NCBI GenBank assembly: GCA_036676355.1
Contig: JAKFDA010000085.1
Location: forward strand, 14,027-78,026
DNA length: 64,000 nt
Reading direction: 5' to 3'
Source of the DNA: Nitrosomonadales bacterium
Lineage (GTDB): Bacteria; Pseudomonadota; Gammaproteobacteria; Burkholderiales; SG8-39
The position numbers were made by a program, and so were the translations under genes. Positions 30,314 through 39,574 of this stretch are shown here, piece by piece; the first letter of the stretch is position 1; the number at the start of each line of letters is the position of its first letter. The notes under the pieces were generated by a model, which did not search any database, was not told the DNA's origin, and was given only the letters and a program-made list of their open reading frames with translations.

Positions 30314-31321
30314 TCACCAGGCCTTCAGATAAGCTTCCGCCGCGCTGAAGCGCAGCAGGACACCGATGACCGCATCGAGGAAGCCGAGGAAGTGGATCGG
30401 CTTTTCCGCGGCGATCCATACCGCGCCGGTCGCGCCGACCGGAATGTTGATGCCCGGCGGCTCATTGAATTCCAGGACCACCAGACGTCCAACCGCCATG
30501 CTGCCGACGGCAACGCGTTCTCCAACGCCCTGCGGAATGCCGCCGAACAGGATTCCCTGCGCCTCGCCTGTCGATCCGCCCACGCTATGCACGCGGGCGC
30601 GAAAGATCTTGCCCGGATAGGCGTTGACGTAGAACTCCGCGAAGGCCTTCGGCTTGATATAGCCGTACACCTGATCCGGAATGCGCACTTCGATGAACTT
30701 CTTGTTGGTGAACATCTGGATCGATGCCGGTCGCAGTTCGGGAAAGTACTGGCCTTCCGCGGTGTACTGGATCGTCACCTGTCCGTCCGTGGGGGCGACG
30801 ATCACCGCGCGATCGACTTTCCACTGCAGATCGGCGATCGCCTGCTGCGCCTTCACCACCATGTCGCGTTGTCCGCGGATCTCCGCCTCCTTCGCGTCGT
30901 ATTCCGCTTCCGAGACGATGTCGCCGCGTAACTGCTTCAAGCGGGCGAGATCTCTTTCGAGCTTCGCAAGCTGTGTCTGCAGCCGCGCCCGCTCGGCAAT
31001 CTGCGACTTCATTTCGATCTCATAGCGATCGGTCTTGTAGCGGTAGATCGGGTCGCCCGCTTTGACGATCTGATTGTGCGTGACGTAGATCTTCTCGATC
31101 TCGCCGCCTGCGGGCGTGTTGAGTATGACGTGCGGCGCTCGGACCATCGCGGAATGCGTGAGATCGAGGAACGCCAGATAGCGCGTCAGCGTCAGCACCA
31201 TGAACACGAGGAACAGGCCGCCGAGGCCCATGGCGATCATGTTGCCGAGCGTCTTGTTGATGACCTTGAATTTGACCAGCAGCCAGCAGATGAGGATGTA
31301 TCCGCCCAGGATGATTTTCAT
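30314..31321 (-). CDS. HlyD-family periplasmic adaptor (AaeA/YibH-like)
   Basis: 335 aa. N-terminal TM, lipoyl-like hairpin (GEIEKIYVTHNQIVKAGDPIY ... APTDGQVT) flanking a coiled coil. Confidence 0.8.
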   Translation of the reverse strand: MKIILGGYILICWLLVKFKVINKTLGNMIAMGLGGLFLVFMVLTLTRYLAFLDLTHSAMVRAPHVILNTPAGGEIEKIYVTHNQIVKAGDPIYRYKTDRYEIEMKSQIAERARLQTQLAKLERDLARLKQLRGDIVSEAEYDAKEAEIRGQRDMVVKAQQAIADLQWKVDRAVIVAPTDGQVTIQYTAEGQYFPELRPASIQMFTNKKFIEVRIPDQVYGYIKPKAFAEFYVNAYPGKIFRARVHSVGGSTGEAQGILFGGIPQGVGERVAVGSMAVGRLVVLEFNEPPGINIPVGATGAVWIAAEKPIHFLGFLDAVIGVLLRFSAAEAYLKAW

Positions 31322-31800
31322 AACCGTTCCTCCCGCTCGAAGTCCCGGTTCGGTGTGTGGATGGTATGCACGACGCCTGGCGATTCGCGTGTGGGCTCGG
31401 GATGTGTTTCTTCGGGCGCGCTCATCGTCGCAGGCGGTTCATCGGTCTGCGGCGGCAATCCCCGGCCGCGCCTGAAAACGCGCACCAGTGTCTCTTCCGC
31501 CTGCTCCCAATCGAGATAGGCGATGAACAACGCGATCGCCCACACCCAGTGCTGGAACAGTCCGAGCAGCGTCAGGGCGCTCACGAGTTCAGCCTGGCGC
31601 AGCTTCTTATGCTCGGCGCGATGCTTCGGAATCTCATGCAAACGCCACCCCACCATCAGCGCGATGATGATGATGATCAATAACAGCGGCAGCAGGATGT
31701 ACATCACCCAGTCCGCGTCGAGAATGGCGCGATAGAGACCGAACGGTTCGTTCGCGTAGTACCCGTCCGGGACGTCTTCCTTGTAGACATGGAAGAGCAT
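31318..31800 (-). CDS. DUF3302-like small membrane protein (YibI/YiaW-like)
   Basis: 160 aa. Two TM helices (ILLPLLLIIIIIALMVGW; LLGLFQHWVWAIALFIAYL) with HEIPKHRAEH between them. ATGA overlaps at both ends. Confidence 0.55.
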   Translation of the reverse strand: MLFHVYKEDVPDGYYANEPFGLYRAILDADWVMYILLPLLLIIIIIALMVGWRLHEIPKHRAEHKKLRQAELVSALTLLGLFQHWVWAIALFIAYLDWEQAEETLVRVFRRGRGLPPQTDEPPATMSAPEETHPEPTRESPGVVHTIHTPNRDFEREERL

Positions 31801-33161
31801 CAGAACCCTCCTCCCAGCGCCTTGTAATACTGGCTGCGCGCCACGAGTTGGTTCAGTCGCGCATCCGCCAGCGTCAATTCCGCGTTCAGCACCCGGATCG
31901 TTTGGGCGAGCACTTCGTATTTGCTGGTGCGGCCGACCAGATAACTTTTCTCGTCCAGGGCGAGCGCTTCCCTGCGGGCCGCGACTGCTTCCGCGGTCGC
32001 CACCGCTTGCCGATCTCCCGTATCGACGAGCACGAGCGCTTCATATGCCTCGCGGAACGCAGACGACACCACATACCGGTAGTGCGCGATGGCCTTTTGC
32101 CGCCGCGCCTCGGCGCCGGCGACTTTCCAGTCGATGGCGCCGGCATCGAATATCGGCCCGGCCAGACCCGCGGCCGCCTGCCAGAAGAACGGCATGCCGG
32201 TGACGAGCGCGGAGGACGACCCGATCCAGCCCGCAGCCAGCGAAATCGTCAGGCGCGGGTAGTACTCGGCGCGGATGCTGTCCAGGTCGGCGTGCGCCGC
32301 GCGCAGCAACTGTTCGGCTGAAGCCACGTCGGGACGGCGCAACAGCAGATCCGAATCGATTTCTCGCGGCGTGTCGGGAATACGCACCGCGGCCTGTTGC
32401 GTACGCGGCAATGCTTCAGCGATGTCGCGAGGGCTGCGACCGATCAGCAATGCCAGCGCGAGTTCCGTGCGTGCGATCGCCGCCTCCATCACTGGAATCT
32501 GCGCCGCGACCGTGGCGACTTCGGCAAGGCTCTGGCGATACGCCAGCGCGGTGCCGACCTGTGCCTTCCAGCGGCGGAATTCGAAATCCGCCACGGCCCT
32601 GAGGTTGTCATGCGTATCCCGGGTGATGGCGAGCTTGTTCTCCAAGTTAAGCAGCTGGAAATAAGTCTCGGCGACCGCTTGCGATATGGACAACTGCGTC
32701 GCGTCGCGCACATGTTCCGATGCGGACAACTGCGCGAGCGCCGCTTCGTTCAGGTTTTCGATACGGTCCCACAGATCGACCTCCCAGTTCAGCAGCGCGC
32801 CGATGCTCGTGACGGAGACGCGCTTGTCGAACTCCTCCTCCTGACCCAGCACCAACTGACGCCGGGACAACGTCGACTTGACCTGCCCGTCCACGCGGGG
32901 AAACAGCATCGCATGGGCAACGCCCGCGTTGGCGCGCGCTTCGGCGACGTTGGCCGCCGCCTTCGCCAGATCGTAGTTGTTGCGCAGCGCTTCCTCGATG
33001 AACCGATCGAGCACAGGATCACCGAAGGTTTGCCACCACCGCGAGTCGATGAGGATGCGTGCGCGCTCCGGCGGGAGGTCGAGTTGCGGGCGCACGTATG
33101 CGGTCGGCGTCGGCCCGCACCCCGCGCAAGCGGCCGCAGCCAGCCCCGCGATGACGCGCAT
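31800..33161 (-). CDS. Outer-membrane efflux lipoprotein (OMF, NodT family)
   Basis: Trimmed to MRVIAGLAAAACAGCGP (lipobox). WWQTFGDPVLDRFIEEALRNNYDLAKAAANVAEARA and the duplicated OEP repeats are classic NodT/OprM-family features. Confidence 0.85.
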   Translation of the reverse strand: MRVIAGLAAAACAGCGPTPTAYVRPQLDLPPERARILIDSRWWQTFGDPVLDRFIEEALRNNYDLAKAAANVAEARANAGVAHAMLFPRVDGQVKSTLSRRQLVLGQEEEFDKRVSVTSIGALLNWEVDLWDRIENLNEAALAQLSASEHVRDATQLSISQAVAETYFQLLNLENKLAITRDTHDNLRAVADFEFRRWKAQVGTALAYRQSLAEVATVAAQIPVMEAAIARTELALALLIGRSPRDIAEALPRTQQAAVRIPDTPREIDSDLLLRRPDVASAEQLLRAAHADLDSIRAEYYPRLTISLAAGWIGSSSALVTGMPFFWQAAAGLAGPIFDAGAIDWKVAGAEARRQKAIAHYRYVVSSAFREAYEALVLVDTGDRQAVATAEAVAARREALALDEKSYLVGRTSKYEVLAQTIRVLNAELTLADARLNQLVARSQYYKALGGGF

Positions 33162-33527
33162 CGCGATGCGGCACGAGTAGTTCTGCAGCGAACGCGAGGG
33201 CCGCCGATACGTCGATGCACCAGTTCGCACGAGTGAGGTTCCCGGGTTTGCGATGCGACATGCGTCGCTTCGCATCTGCCGCGCGCGTTCAGGGTAGTGC
33301 CGGCTTGCGGCCGCAACAATGAGACCTTCGTCCCATGAAGCGCGCCGCCGAAGGCGTGCGCGGGCCGAGGCATGCCCCGTTGCATTGGGACCAAGGCCCT
33401 ATGGCGATCGTTTTGGCGCACTCCTAGCATTCCGTACGCGCCGCCGATCCGACGTCAGCGCTCCACGGCGTGATCGGCGGGCGGATGCTGGGGACATGCG
33501 GTTGTGTGCGCCGCGGAGGGGGAAAGC

Positions 33528-34904
33528 ATGAATCGACGTGTACTTTATATGGCCATCGCTTGCGCACTAAGCGGCAATGCCGCCGCGCAAACCTCTGAGG
33601 ACATCAAATCCCAGCTCGATGATGCAATGCGTGTCATTCGCGAATTGCAGGAGCGCGTCAAGGCGCTCGAGCAGCAAGAGCATGCGCCCGTACCGGCCCC
33701 TTCATCGCCGACTGCCGCGCCCAGAGACCCCGCCACGCATGCCGAGAAAGAGGCGCCGGGCGTGAAAGGCGCGCGCGTGATCGCGCCGCAAAGCGCCCCG
33801 GAAGAAGGTGCTTGGGGCGGCGAAGCGCGACTGGAAATCAGCGGCAAGGTCCAGCTCGATTTCATCTACGACTTCGATCGCGTCGATCCGGATTGGAACG
33901 CAACCTTGCGGCCGTCCACCATCCCGGTGAACTGTCCGGGCGATCCGGGCTGCGGGGAGGACGGCGAGACCGTCTTCAGCGTGCGTCAGACTTCGCTCGG
34001 CTTCAAGGCGTTCGTCCCCACGACCGCGGGCGAGTTGAAAGCGGAGGTGAGTTTCGATCTGTTCTCCACAGGCGGCGGGCAAACATCGGCACGGCTGCTG
34101 AATGCATGGGGCGCCCTGGGCAACCGGATCGGGCTCGGACAGTACTACACCTTGTTCATGAATCAGGACGCGTTTCCCAATGTCGTCGATTACTGGGGAC
34201 CGAACGGCATGGTGTTCGTCCGCAATCCGCAGATCCGCTATCTCGCCTATGAAAAGGAGGGGCTGAAGCTCGCCTTCTCGCTCGAAGCGCCCAATGCGGC
34301 GATCGATACCGGCAAAGTAGCGGACATCGATCCGGCCTTGAACGTGCGCAGTCATACGCAATGGCCGGACGCCGTCGGCAAGCTGAGTTGGGATCAGGAC
34401 TGGGGGCACTTCCAGGTCGCCGGCGTTCTGCGCTCCGTGGGCTTCGAAACATTGGGCGACGACGTCGATTCAGACGAAGAACTGGGCTGGGGCGTGAACG
34501 TGAGCGGGTGGTTGAAGGTCGGAGCAAAGAATCGCCTCATCGGGCAAGTGGTATACGGCGAGGGGATCGCCAGTTACATGAACGACGGCGGCGTCGACCT
34601 CGCACCGAGTTCCAGCCTGAAGGCCGAGACCGTGAAGACGCTCGGTGCGTTCGTCTATTACGACCATTACTGGAACGACAAGTGGAGCAGTTCCGTCGGG
34701 GCGAGCATCCATCGCCAGGACAACACCGGCGGACAGCTTCCCACCGCATACAAGGAAGGCCTGTACGCGTCGGCCAACATCCTCTGGTATCCGGCGAAGA
34801 ACGTGCTGACCGGTGTTGAATTCCTCTGGGGTCGTCTGGAACAGAACGACGGCGAGTCCGGCGACGATTTTCGCGTGCAGTTCAGCGGCCAGTACAAGTA
34901 CTAA
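33528..34904 (+). CDS. DcaP-like outer-membrane porin (N-terminal coiled coil plus beta-barrel)
   Basis: Trimmed to ATG 33528 (GGAGGGGG RBS). Signal peptide, coiled coil IKSQLDDAMRVIRELQERVKALEQQ, Pro-rich linker, barrel ending FSGQYKY. Confidence 0.6.
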   Translation: MNRRVLYMAIACALSGNAAAQTSEDIKSQLDDAMRVIRELQERVKALEQQEHAPVPAPSSPTAAPRDPATHAEKEAPGVKGARVIAPQSAPEEGAWGGEARLEISGKVQLDFIYDFDRVDPDWNATLRPSTIPVNCPGDPGCGEDGETVFSVRQTSLGFKAFVPTTAGELKAEVSFDLFSTGGGQTSARLLNAWGALGNRIGLGQYYTLFMNQDAFPNVVDYWGPNGMVFVRNPQIRYLAYEKEGLKLAFSLEAPNAAIDTGKVADIDPALNVRSHTQWPDAVGKLSWDQDWGHFQVAGVLRSVGFETLGDDVDSDEELGWGVNVSGWLKVGAKNRLIGQVVYGEGIASYMNDGGVDLAPSSSLKAETVKTLGAFVYYDHYWNDKWSSSVGASIHRQDNTGGQLPTAYKEGLYASANILWYPAKNVLTGVEFLWGRLEQNDGESGDDFRVQFSGQYKY

Positions 34905-34932
34905 CGCCTCACCTCTTTGATCGGAGTCGCCT

Positions 34933-37194
34933 GTGTCCTTCACTCAAGCATTCCCGGTCGCCATCATCGATGAAGATTTCGAAGGCAAGCATGCGGCCGG
35001 TCGCGGCATGCGCCAGCTCGCAGCCGCCATCGAGAGCGAGGGCTTCCGCGTCGTGAGCGGCGTGAGCTATGCGGATGCGCAGCGGCTGGTCGATGTCATC
35101 AATACCGAGTCGTGCTGGCTCGTCTCCGTGGACGGCATCGAAGAAACCGAGGGCCAATGGAATCTGTTGGAAGAAGTGCTTGCCAAGAAGCGGCGACGGA
35201 ACAACCGCCTGCCGATTTTCCTGTTCGGCGATCAGCGCACCGCGGAGATGGTGCCGGCGAACGTGCTCAGGCACGCCAACGCTTTCATGGCCCTGTTCGA
35301 AGATCCGCCGGAGTTTCTGGCACGCACCATCTGCCGGGCGGCGCATATCTATCTCGAACGCCTTCCGCCGCCGATGTTCAAGGCGCTGATGGATTACACG
35401 TTGCATGGCGGGTATTCCTGGCACACCCCGGGTCATGGCGGCGGCGCAGGCTTTCGCAAAAGCCCGGTGGGGCAGCTCTTCTATCACTTCTTCGGTGAAA
35501 ACACGCTGCGCTCCGACATCTCCGTCTCGGTCGGTGCGCTCGGCTCCCTGCTCGACCACACGGGGCCGATTGCCGAAGGCGAACGCAATGCCGCGCGCAT
35601 TTTCGGCACCGACGAGACGCTTTTCGTGGTGGGCGGCACATCGACCGCGAACAAGATCGTGTGGCACGGCATGGTCGGCCGCAACGACCTGGTGCTGTGC
35701 GACCGCAACTGTCACAAGTCGATCCTGCATTCACTCATCATGACGGGCGCGACGCCGATCTACCTGATCCCGTCGCGCAACGGACTCGGCATCATCGGAC
35801 CCATTTCGCGCGACCAGTTCAGCGCGGAGTCGATCCGCATGAAGGTCGATGCCAGTCCGTTCGCCAAGGACACCACCGGCAACGTGCGGTTGATGGTGAT
35901 GACCAATTCCACCTATGACGGACTCTGCTACAACATCGACGCGATCAAGCAGTTGATCGGCGATTCGGTCGAGGTGCTGCACTTCGACGAGGCGTGGTAT
36001 GCCTACGCCAACTTCCACGAGTTCTACGACGGCTATCACGCCATTTCGTCGAACGACCCGGCGCGCGCGAAGAACGCGGTGACCTTCGCTACGCAATCGA
36101 CGCACAAGCTGCTGGCAGCGCTGTCGCAGGCGTCGATGATCCACATCCAGAACGCCGAGACGAAGCAACTGGACATGACGCGCTTCAACGACGCCTTCAT
36201 GATGCATACCTCCACCTCGCCGCAGTACGGGATCATCGCGTCCTGCGATGTGGCGGCGGCCATGATGGAACAGCCGGGCGGCCGCGCCCTCGTGCAGGAG
36301 ACCATCGACGAGGCGCTGAGCTTCCGCCGCGCCATGACGGCGGTGAAAGCGCAGATTCCGGAGACGACGTGGTGGTTCGACGTCTGGCAGCCGGAGGCGA
36401 TCGCGCAACAGCCCGTCGTCGACAGGGCAGCCTGGGTTTTGAAACCCGGCGATGCATGGCACGGTTTCACCGATCTTGCCGAGAACCACGTACTCGTCGA
36501 CCCCATCAAGGTGACCATTCTTTCGCCCGGCATGTCCGCGGACGGGACGATGCAGGAGCAAGGCATTCCCGCCGCCGTGATCACCAAGTTCCTCTCCTCG
36601 CGACGCATCGAGATCGAGAAAACCGGCTTGTATTCGTTCCTGGTGCTGTTCTCCTTCGGCATCACCAAAGGCAAGTGGAGCACGCTCCTCACCGAGTTGA
36701 TGAACTTCAAGGATCTCTACGACGCCAACGCCCCGCTCCGGCGCGCGCTGCCCGCATGGACGACGCTGCACGCGGACATCTACGGAAAGATGGGACTGAA
36801 GGATCTGTGCGACCACATCCATCAGGTGTACCGGGAAGATAACGTGCCGGAGGCGCAGAAGAACATGTACACCGTGCTGCCCGAAATGGCGATGCGTCCG
36901 GCCGATGCTTATGATCATCTCGTGCGCGGGCGCGTCGAAAGCGTCGAGATCGACCATCTGATGGGGCGGACGCTCGCGGTGATGATCGTGCCCTACCCGC
37001 CTGGCATTCCGCTGATCATGCCCGGCGAGCGCATCACGACCGCGACCAGGTCGATCCAGGACTACCTCCTCTACGCACGCGATTTTGACCGCAAATACCC
37101 CGGCTTCGAAACCGATATCCACGGCTTGCGCTTCGAGCACACATCCGAAGGGCGTCGTTACATGATCGACTGCATCGAGGAAGGAAGCGGGTGA
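34933..37194 (+). CDS. Wing-domain (AAT-fold) Orn/Lys/Arg decarboxylase, lysine-decarboxylase-like (CadA/LdcC/LdcA clade)
   Basis: 753 aa, GTG start with GGAG upstream. PLP-Lys context ATQSTHKLLAALSQASMIH...FMMHTSTSPQYGIIAS and C-terminus YPGFETDIHG resemble CadA/LdcC. Substrate was not determinable by eye. Confidence 0.85.
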   Translation: MSFTQAFPVAIIDEDFEGKHAAGRGMRQLAAAIESEGFRVVSGVSYADAQRLVDVINTESCWLVSVDGIEETEGQWNLLEEVLAKKRRRNNRLPIFLFGDQRTAEMVPANVLRHANAFMALFEDPPEFLARTICRAAHIYLERLPPPMFKALMDYTLHGGYSWHTPGHGGGAGFRKSPVGQLFYHFFGENTLRSDISVSVGALGSLLDHTGPIAEGERNAARIFGTDETLFVVGGTSTANKIVWHGMVGRNDLVLCDRNCHKSILHSLIMTGATPIYLIPSRNGLGIIGPISRDQFSAESIRMKVDASPFAKDTTGNVRLMVMTNSTYDGLCYNIDAIKQLIGDSVEVLHFDEAWYAYANFHEFYDGYHAISSNDPARAKNAVTFATQSTHKLLAALSQASMIHIQNAETKQLDMTRFNDAFMMHTSTSPQYGIIASCDVAAAMMEQPGGRALVQETIDEALSFRRAMTAVKAQIPETTWWFDVWQPEAIAQQPVVDRAAWVLKPGDAWHGFTDLAENHVLVDPIKVTILSPGMSADGTMQEQGIPAAVITKFLSSRRIEIEKTGLYSFLVLFSFGITKGKWSTLLTELMNFKDLYDANAPLRRALPAWTTLHADIYGKMGLKDLCDHIHQVYREDNVPEAQKNMYTVLPEMAMRPADAYDHLVRGRVESVEIDHLMGRTLAVMIVPYPPGIPLIMPGERITTATRSIQDYLLYARDFDRKYPGFETDIHGLRFEHTSEGRRYMIDCIEEGSG

Positions 37195-39542
37195 TGGATC
37201 CGCCGACCATTCCCGTTCCCTTTCATCGTCTGCTGAAGATTGTCGCGATCGCCGATCGCGAAGATCAGCAGGTGAAGGAATTGATCGAACACATCCGCGC
37301 CGAGAACTACCAGGTTGAGGTGACAGACAGCCTGGAACGCGACGTGTCCGAAGACGCCGCGATCGGCGCGTACATCATCCAGGTCGACGGGCAACGGCTG
37401 GAACCCGCGCGCGCACTCGCGCGTTCGGTGCGCGGCATCGGTTTCCGTACGCCGCTCTGGGCGCTTGCCGATTCGCATGGCATCTCCGACATCGCCGTGC
37501 TGGGCGGTCTCGGCGAAGTCGAAGGCTTCGTCTATCTGGGTCAGCAGACACCCGCCTTCTATGCCAAGCAGATCATCGTCAGCCTGGTGAAGTACGGAAG
37601 CAGCCTGCTGCCTCCCTTCTTCGGCGGTTTGGTGAGATACGACGCGGATGCGACCATCGCATTCGATTGTCCGGGACACCAGGGCGGGCAGTTCTATCGC
37701 AAATCGCCGCCCGGACAACTGTTCTTCAAGCACTTCGGCGAAAATATTTTCCGTAACGATCTGTGCAATGCCGACGTGGCTCTGGGCGACATGCTGATCC
37801 ACGAAGGCGCGGTGCTGGACGCGGAGTGTCACGCCGCGGAAGTATTCGGCGCTGATCAGACCTACTTCGTCCTCAACGGTACCAGCACATCGAACAAGAT
37901 CGTGACCGGCGCGGTGCTGCGTCAGGGCGATCTCGTGCTGTTCGACCGAAACAATCACAAGTCGCTGCACCAGGGCGCGCTGGTGCAGGCCGGCGCCATT
38001 CCCATCTTCCTACCGACTGCGCGCAACCCTTTCGGCATGATCGGCGCGGTGGATTGGGACGCGTGGGATGAAGACGCCCTGCGCCAGCGCATTCGCGACA
38101 ATCCGCTGATCGAGGATCAGGATCGCCACAGGGCCGAACGCCCCTTCCGCCTTGCGTGCATTCAGCTTGCGACGTACGACGGCACGATCTACAACGTGCG
38201 CAAGGTGCTGGAAAAGATCGGCCACCTCTGCGACTACGTGCTATGGGACGAGGCCTGGATCGGCTACAACGCCTTTCATCCGCTGTTCGACGACCACAGC
38301 CCGATGCGTCTCAAGGATCTGCCGCCCGAGATGCCGGGGCTGTTCTCGACCCAGTCGGTACACAAGCAGGGTGCGGGCTTCTCGCAAGCCTCACAAATTC
38401 ACAAGCGCGACGAGCATATCCATGGTCAGAAACGCTACATCGAACACAAGCGCTTCAACGAGTCGTTTCTGATCCACGCCTCCACCTCACCCTTCTATCC
38501 GCTGTTCGCGTCGCTGGACGTCAACGCAAAAGTGCATGAAGGCAAGGCGGGCGAGATGCTATGGGATCGCTGCATCGAACTGGGCATCGAGGCGCGCAAG
38601 AAATTGCGTCAGTTCGGCCGTCACTACGCGAAGAACGGCCGCGGGGCGGCCGAGCAGTGGTTCTTCGATCCTTTCGTGCCGGATGTCGTAACGATCCATG
38701 CGTCGAAATTCACCGACGACGCCATGAACGTTCACTGGGAAGACCTGCCGACAAAGGTGATCAAACGCGAACAGCAGTGCTGGCGCTTCGATCCCAAAGC
38801 GACCTGGCACGGCTATGCGGGCTACGCCGACGACTACGCCATGGTCGACCCCAACAAGCTGATGCTGCTCACGCCCGGAATCGATCGCCGGACGGGCGAA
38901 TACCTCGATTTCGGCGTTCCCGCAACGGTTGTCGCGAATCACCTGCGCGAGCAGCGCGTCGTGCCGGAGAAATGCGATCTGAACAGCATTCTCTTTCTAA
39001 TGACGCCTGCGGAGGACGAAAGCAAGCTGAATACGCTCATCGCCAAGCTGGTGAAGTTCAAGAACGCCTGGGACGAGGACATGAAGCTGGAATTGGTGCT
39101 GCCCACCATCTGTGGCAAGCATCCCGAGCGCTACGCGGGCTATACGCTTCGTCAGATCTGCAATGAGATGCACGCCTTCTACGCGAAGGCCAACATCAAG
39201 GAGTTGCAGCGCCTGTGCTTCCGCGCGACGAGCTTTCCGGAAATGGCGCGCCTGCCGCACGAGGCCTACCGCGCGCTGGTAGGCAACGATGTGGATTACG
39301 TGCCGCTCGATCAGACGAAAGGCCGCATCGCCGCGACACTCGCCCTGATCTACCCGCCCGGGATCGGCGTCATAGCGCCCGGCGAGCGTTGGGACGAACG
39401 GGCGAAACCGATGCTCGATTACTTCTTTGCCTTCGAGGAGTCCTTCAACCGCTTCCCCGGCTTCAACTACGAGGTACAGGGCGTCTATCAGGAGCACATC
39501 GACGGTCGCATCAGGTTCCACACCTACGTGGTGCGTGAGTAG
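37194..39542 (+). CDS. Wing-domain ornithine decarboxylase (SpeC/SpeF-like)
   Basis: About 782 aa. ATG 37194 overlaps the upstream TGA by 1 nt (alternative GTG at 37191). STQSVHKQGAGFSQASQIHKRDEHIHGQKRY...STSPFYPLFASLDVNA and DLNSILFLMTPAE closely track E. coli SpeF/SpeC as I remember them. Confidence 0.88.
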   Translation: MDPPTIPVPFHRLLKIVAIADREDQQVKELIEHIRAENYQVEVTDSLERDVSEDAAIGAYIIQVDGQRLEPARALARSVRGIGFRTPLWALADSHGISDIAVLGGLGEVEGFVYLGQQTPAFYAKQIIVSLVKYGSSLLPPFFGGLVRYDADATIAFDCPGHQGGQFYRKSPPGQLFFKHFGENIFRNDLCNADVALGDMLIHEGAVLDAECHAAEVFGADQTYFVLNGTSTSNKIVTGAVLRQGDLVLFDRNNHKSLHQGALVQAGAIPIFLPTARNPFGMIGAVDWDAWDEDALRQRIRDNPLIEDQDRHRAERPFRLACIQLATYDGTIYNVRKVLEKIGHLCDYVLWDEAWIGYNAFHPLFDDHSPMRLKDLPPEMPGLFSTQSVHKQGAGFSQASQIHKRDEHIHGQKRYIEHKRFNESFLIHASTSPFYPLFASLDVNAKVHEGKAGEMLWDRCIELGIEARKKLRQFGRHYAKNGRGAAEQWFFDPFVPDVVTIHASKFTDDAMNVHWEDLPTKVIKREQQCWRFDPKATWHGYAGYADDYAMVDPNKLMLLTPGIDRRTGEYLDFGVPATVVANHLREQRVVPEKCDLNSILFLMTPAEDESKLNTLIAKLVKFKNAWDEDMKLELVLPTICGKHPERYAGYTLRQICNEMHAFYAKANIKELQRLCFRATSFPEMARLPHEAYRALVGNDVDYVPLDQTKGRIAATLALIYPPGIGVIAPGERWDERAKPMLDYFFAFEESFNRFPGFNYEVQGVYQEHIDGRIRFHTYVVRE

Positions 39543-39574
39543 CGCCGTCACGTCACACAGCAGAGGTTCGCATC

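Noticed and set aside
34905-34932. Possible speFL-like or cadC/adiY-like sensory leader or regulator in front of the decarboxylases.
   Set aside because: The gaps are only 28, -1, 32 and 39 nt. This is too short for a leader peptide, and no regulator ORF is present.
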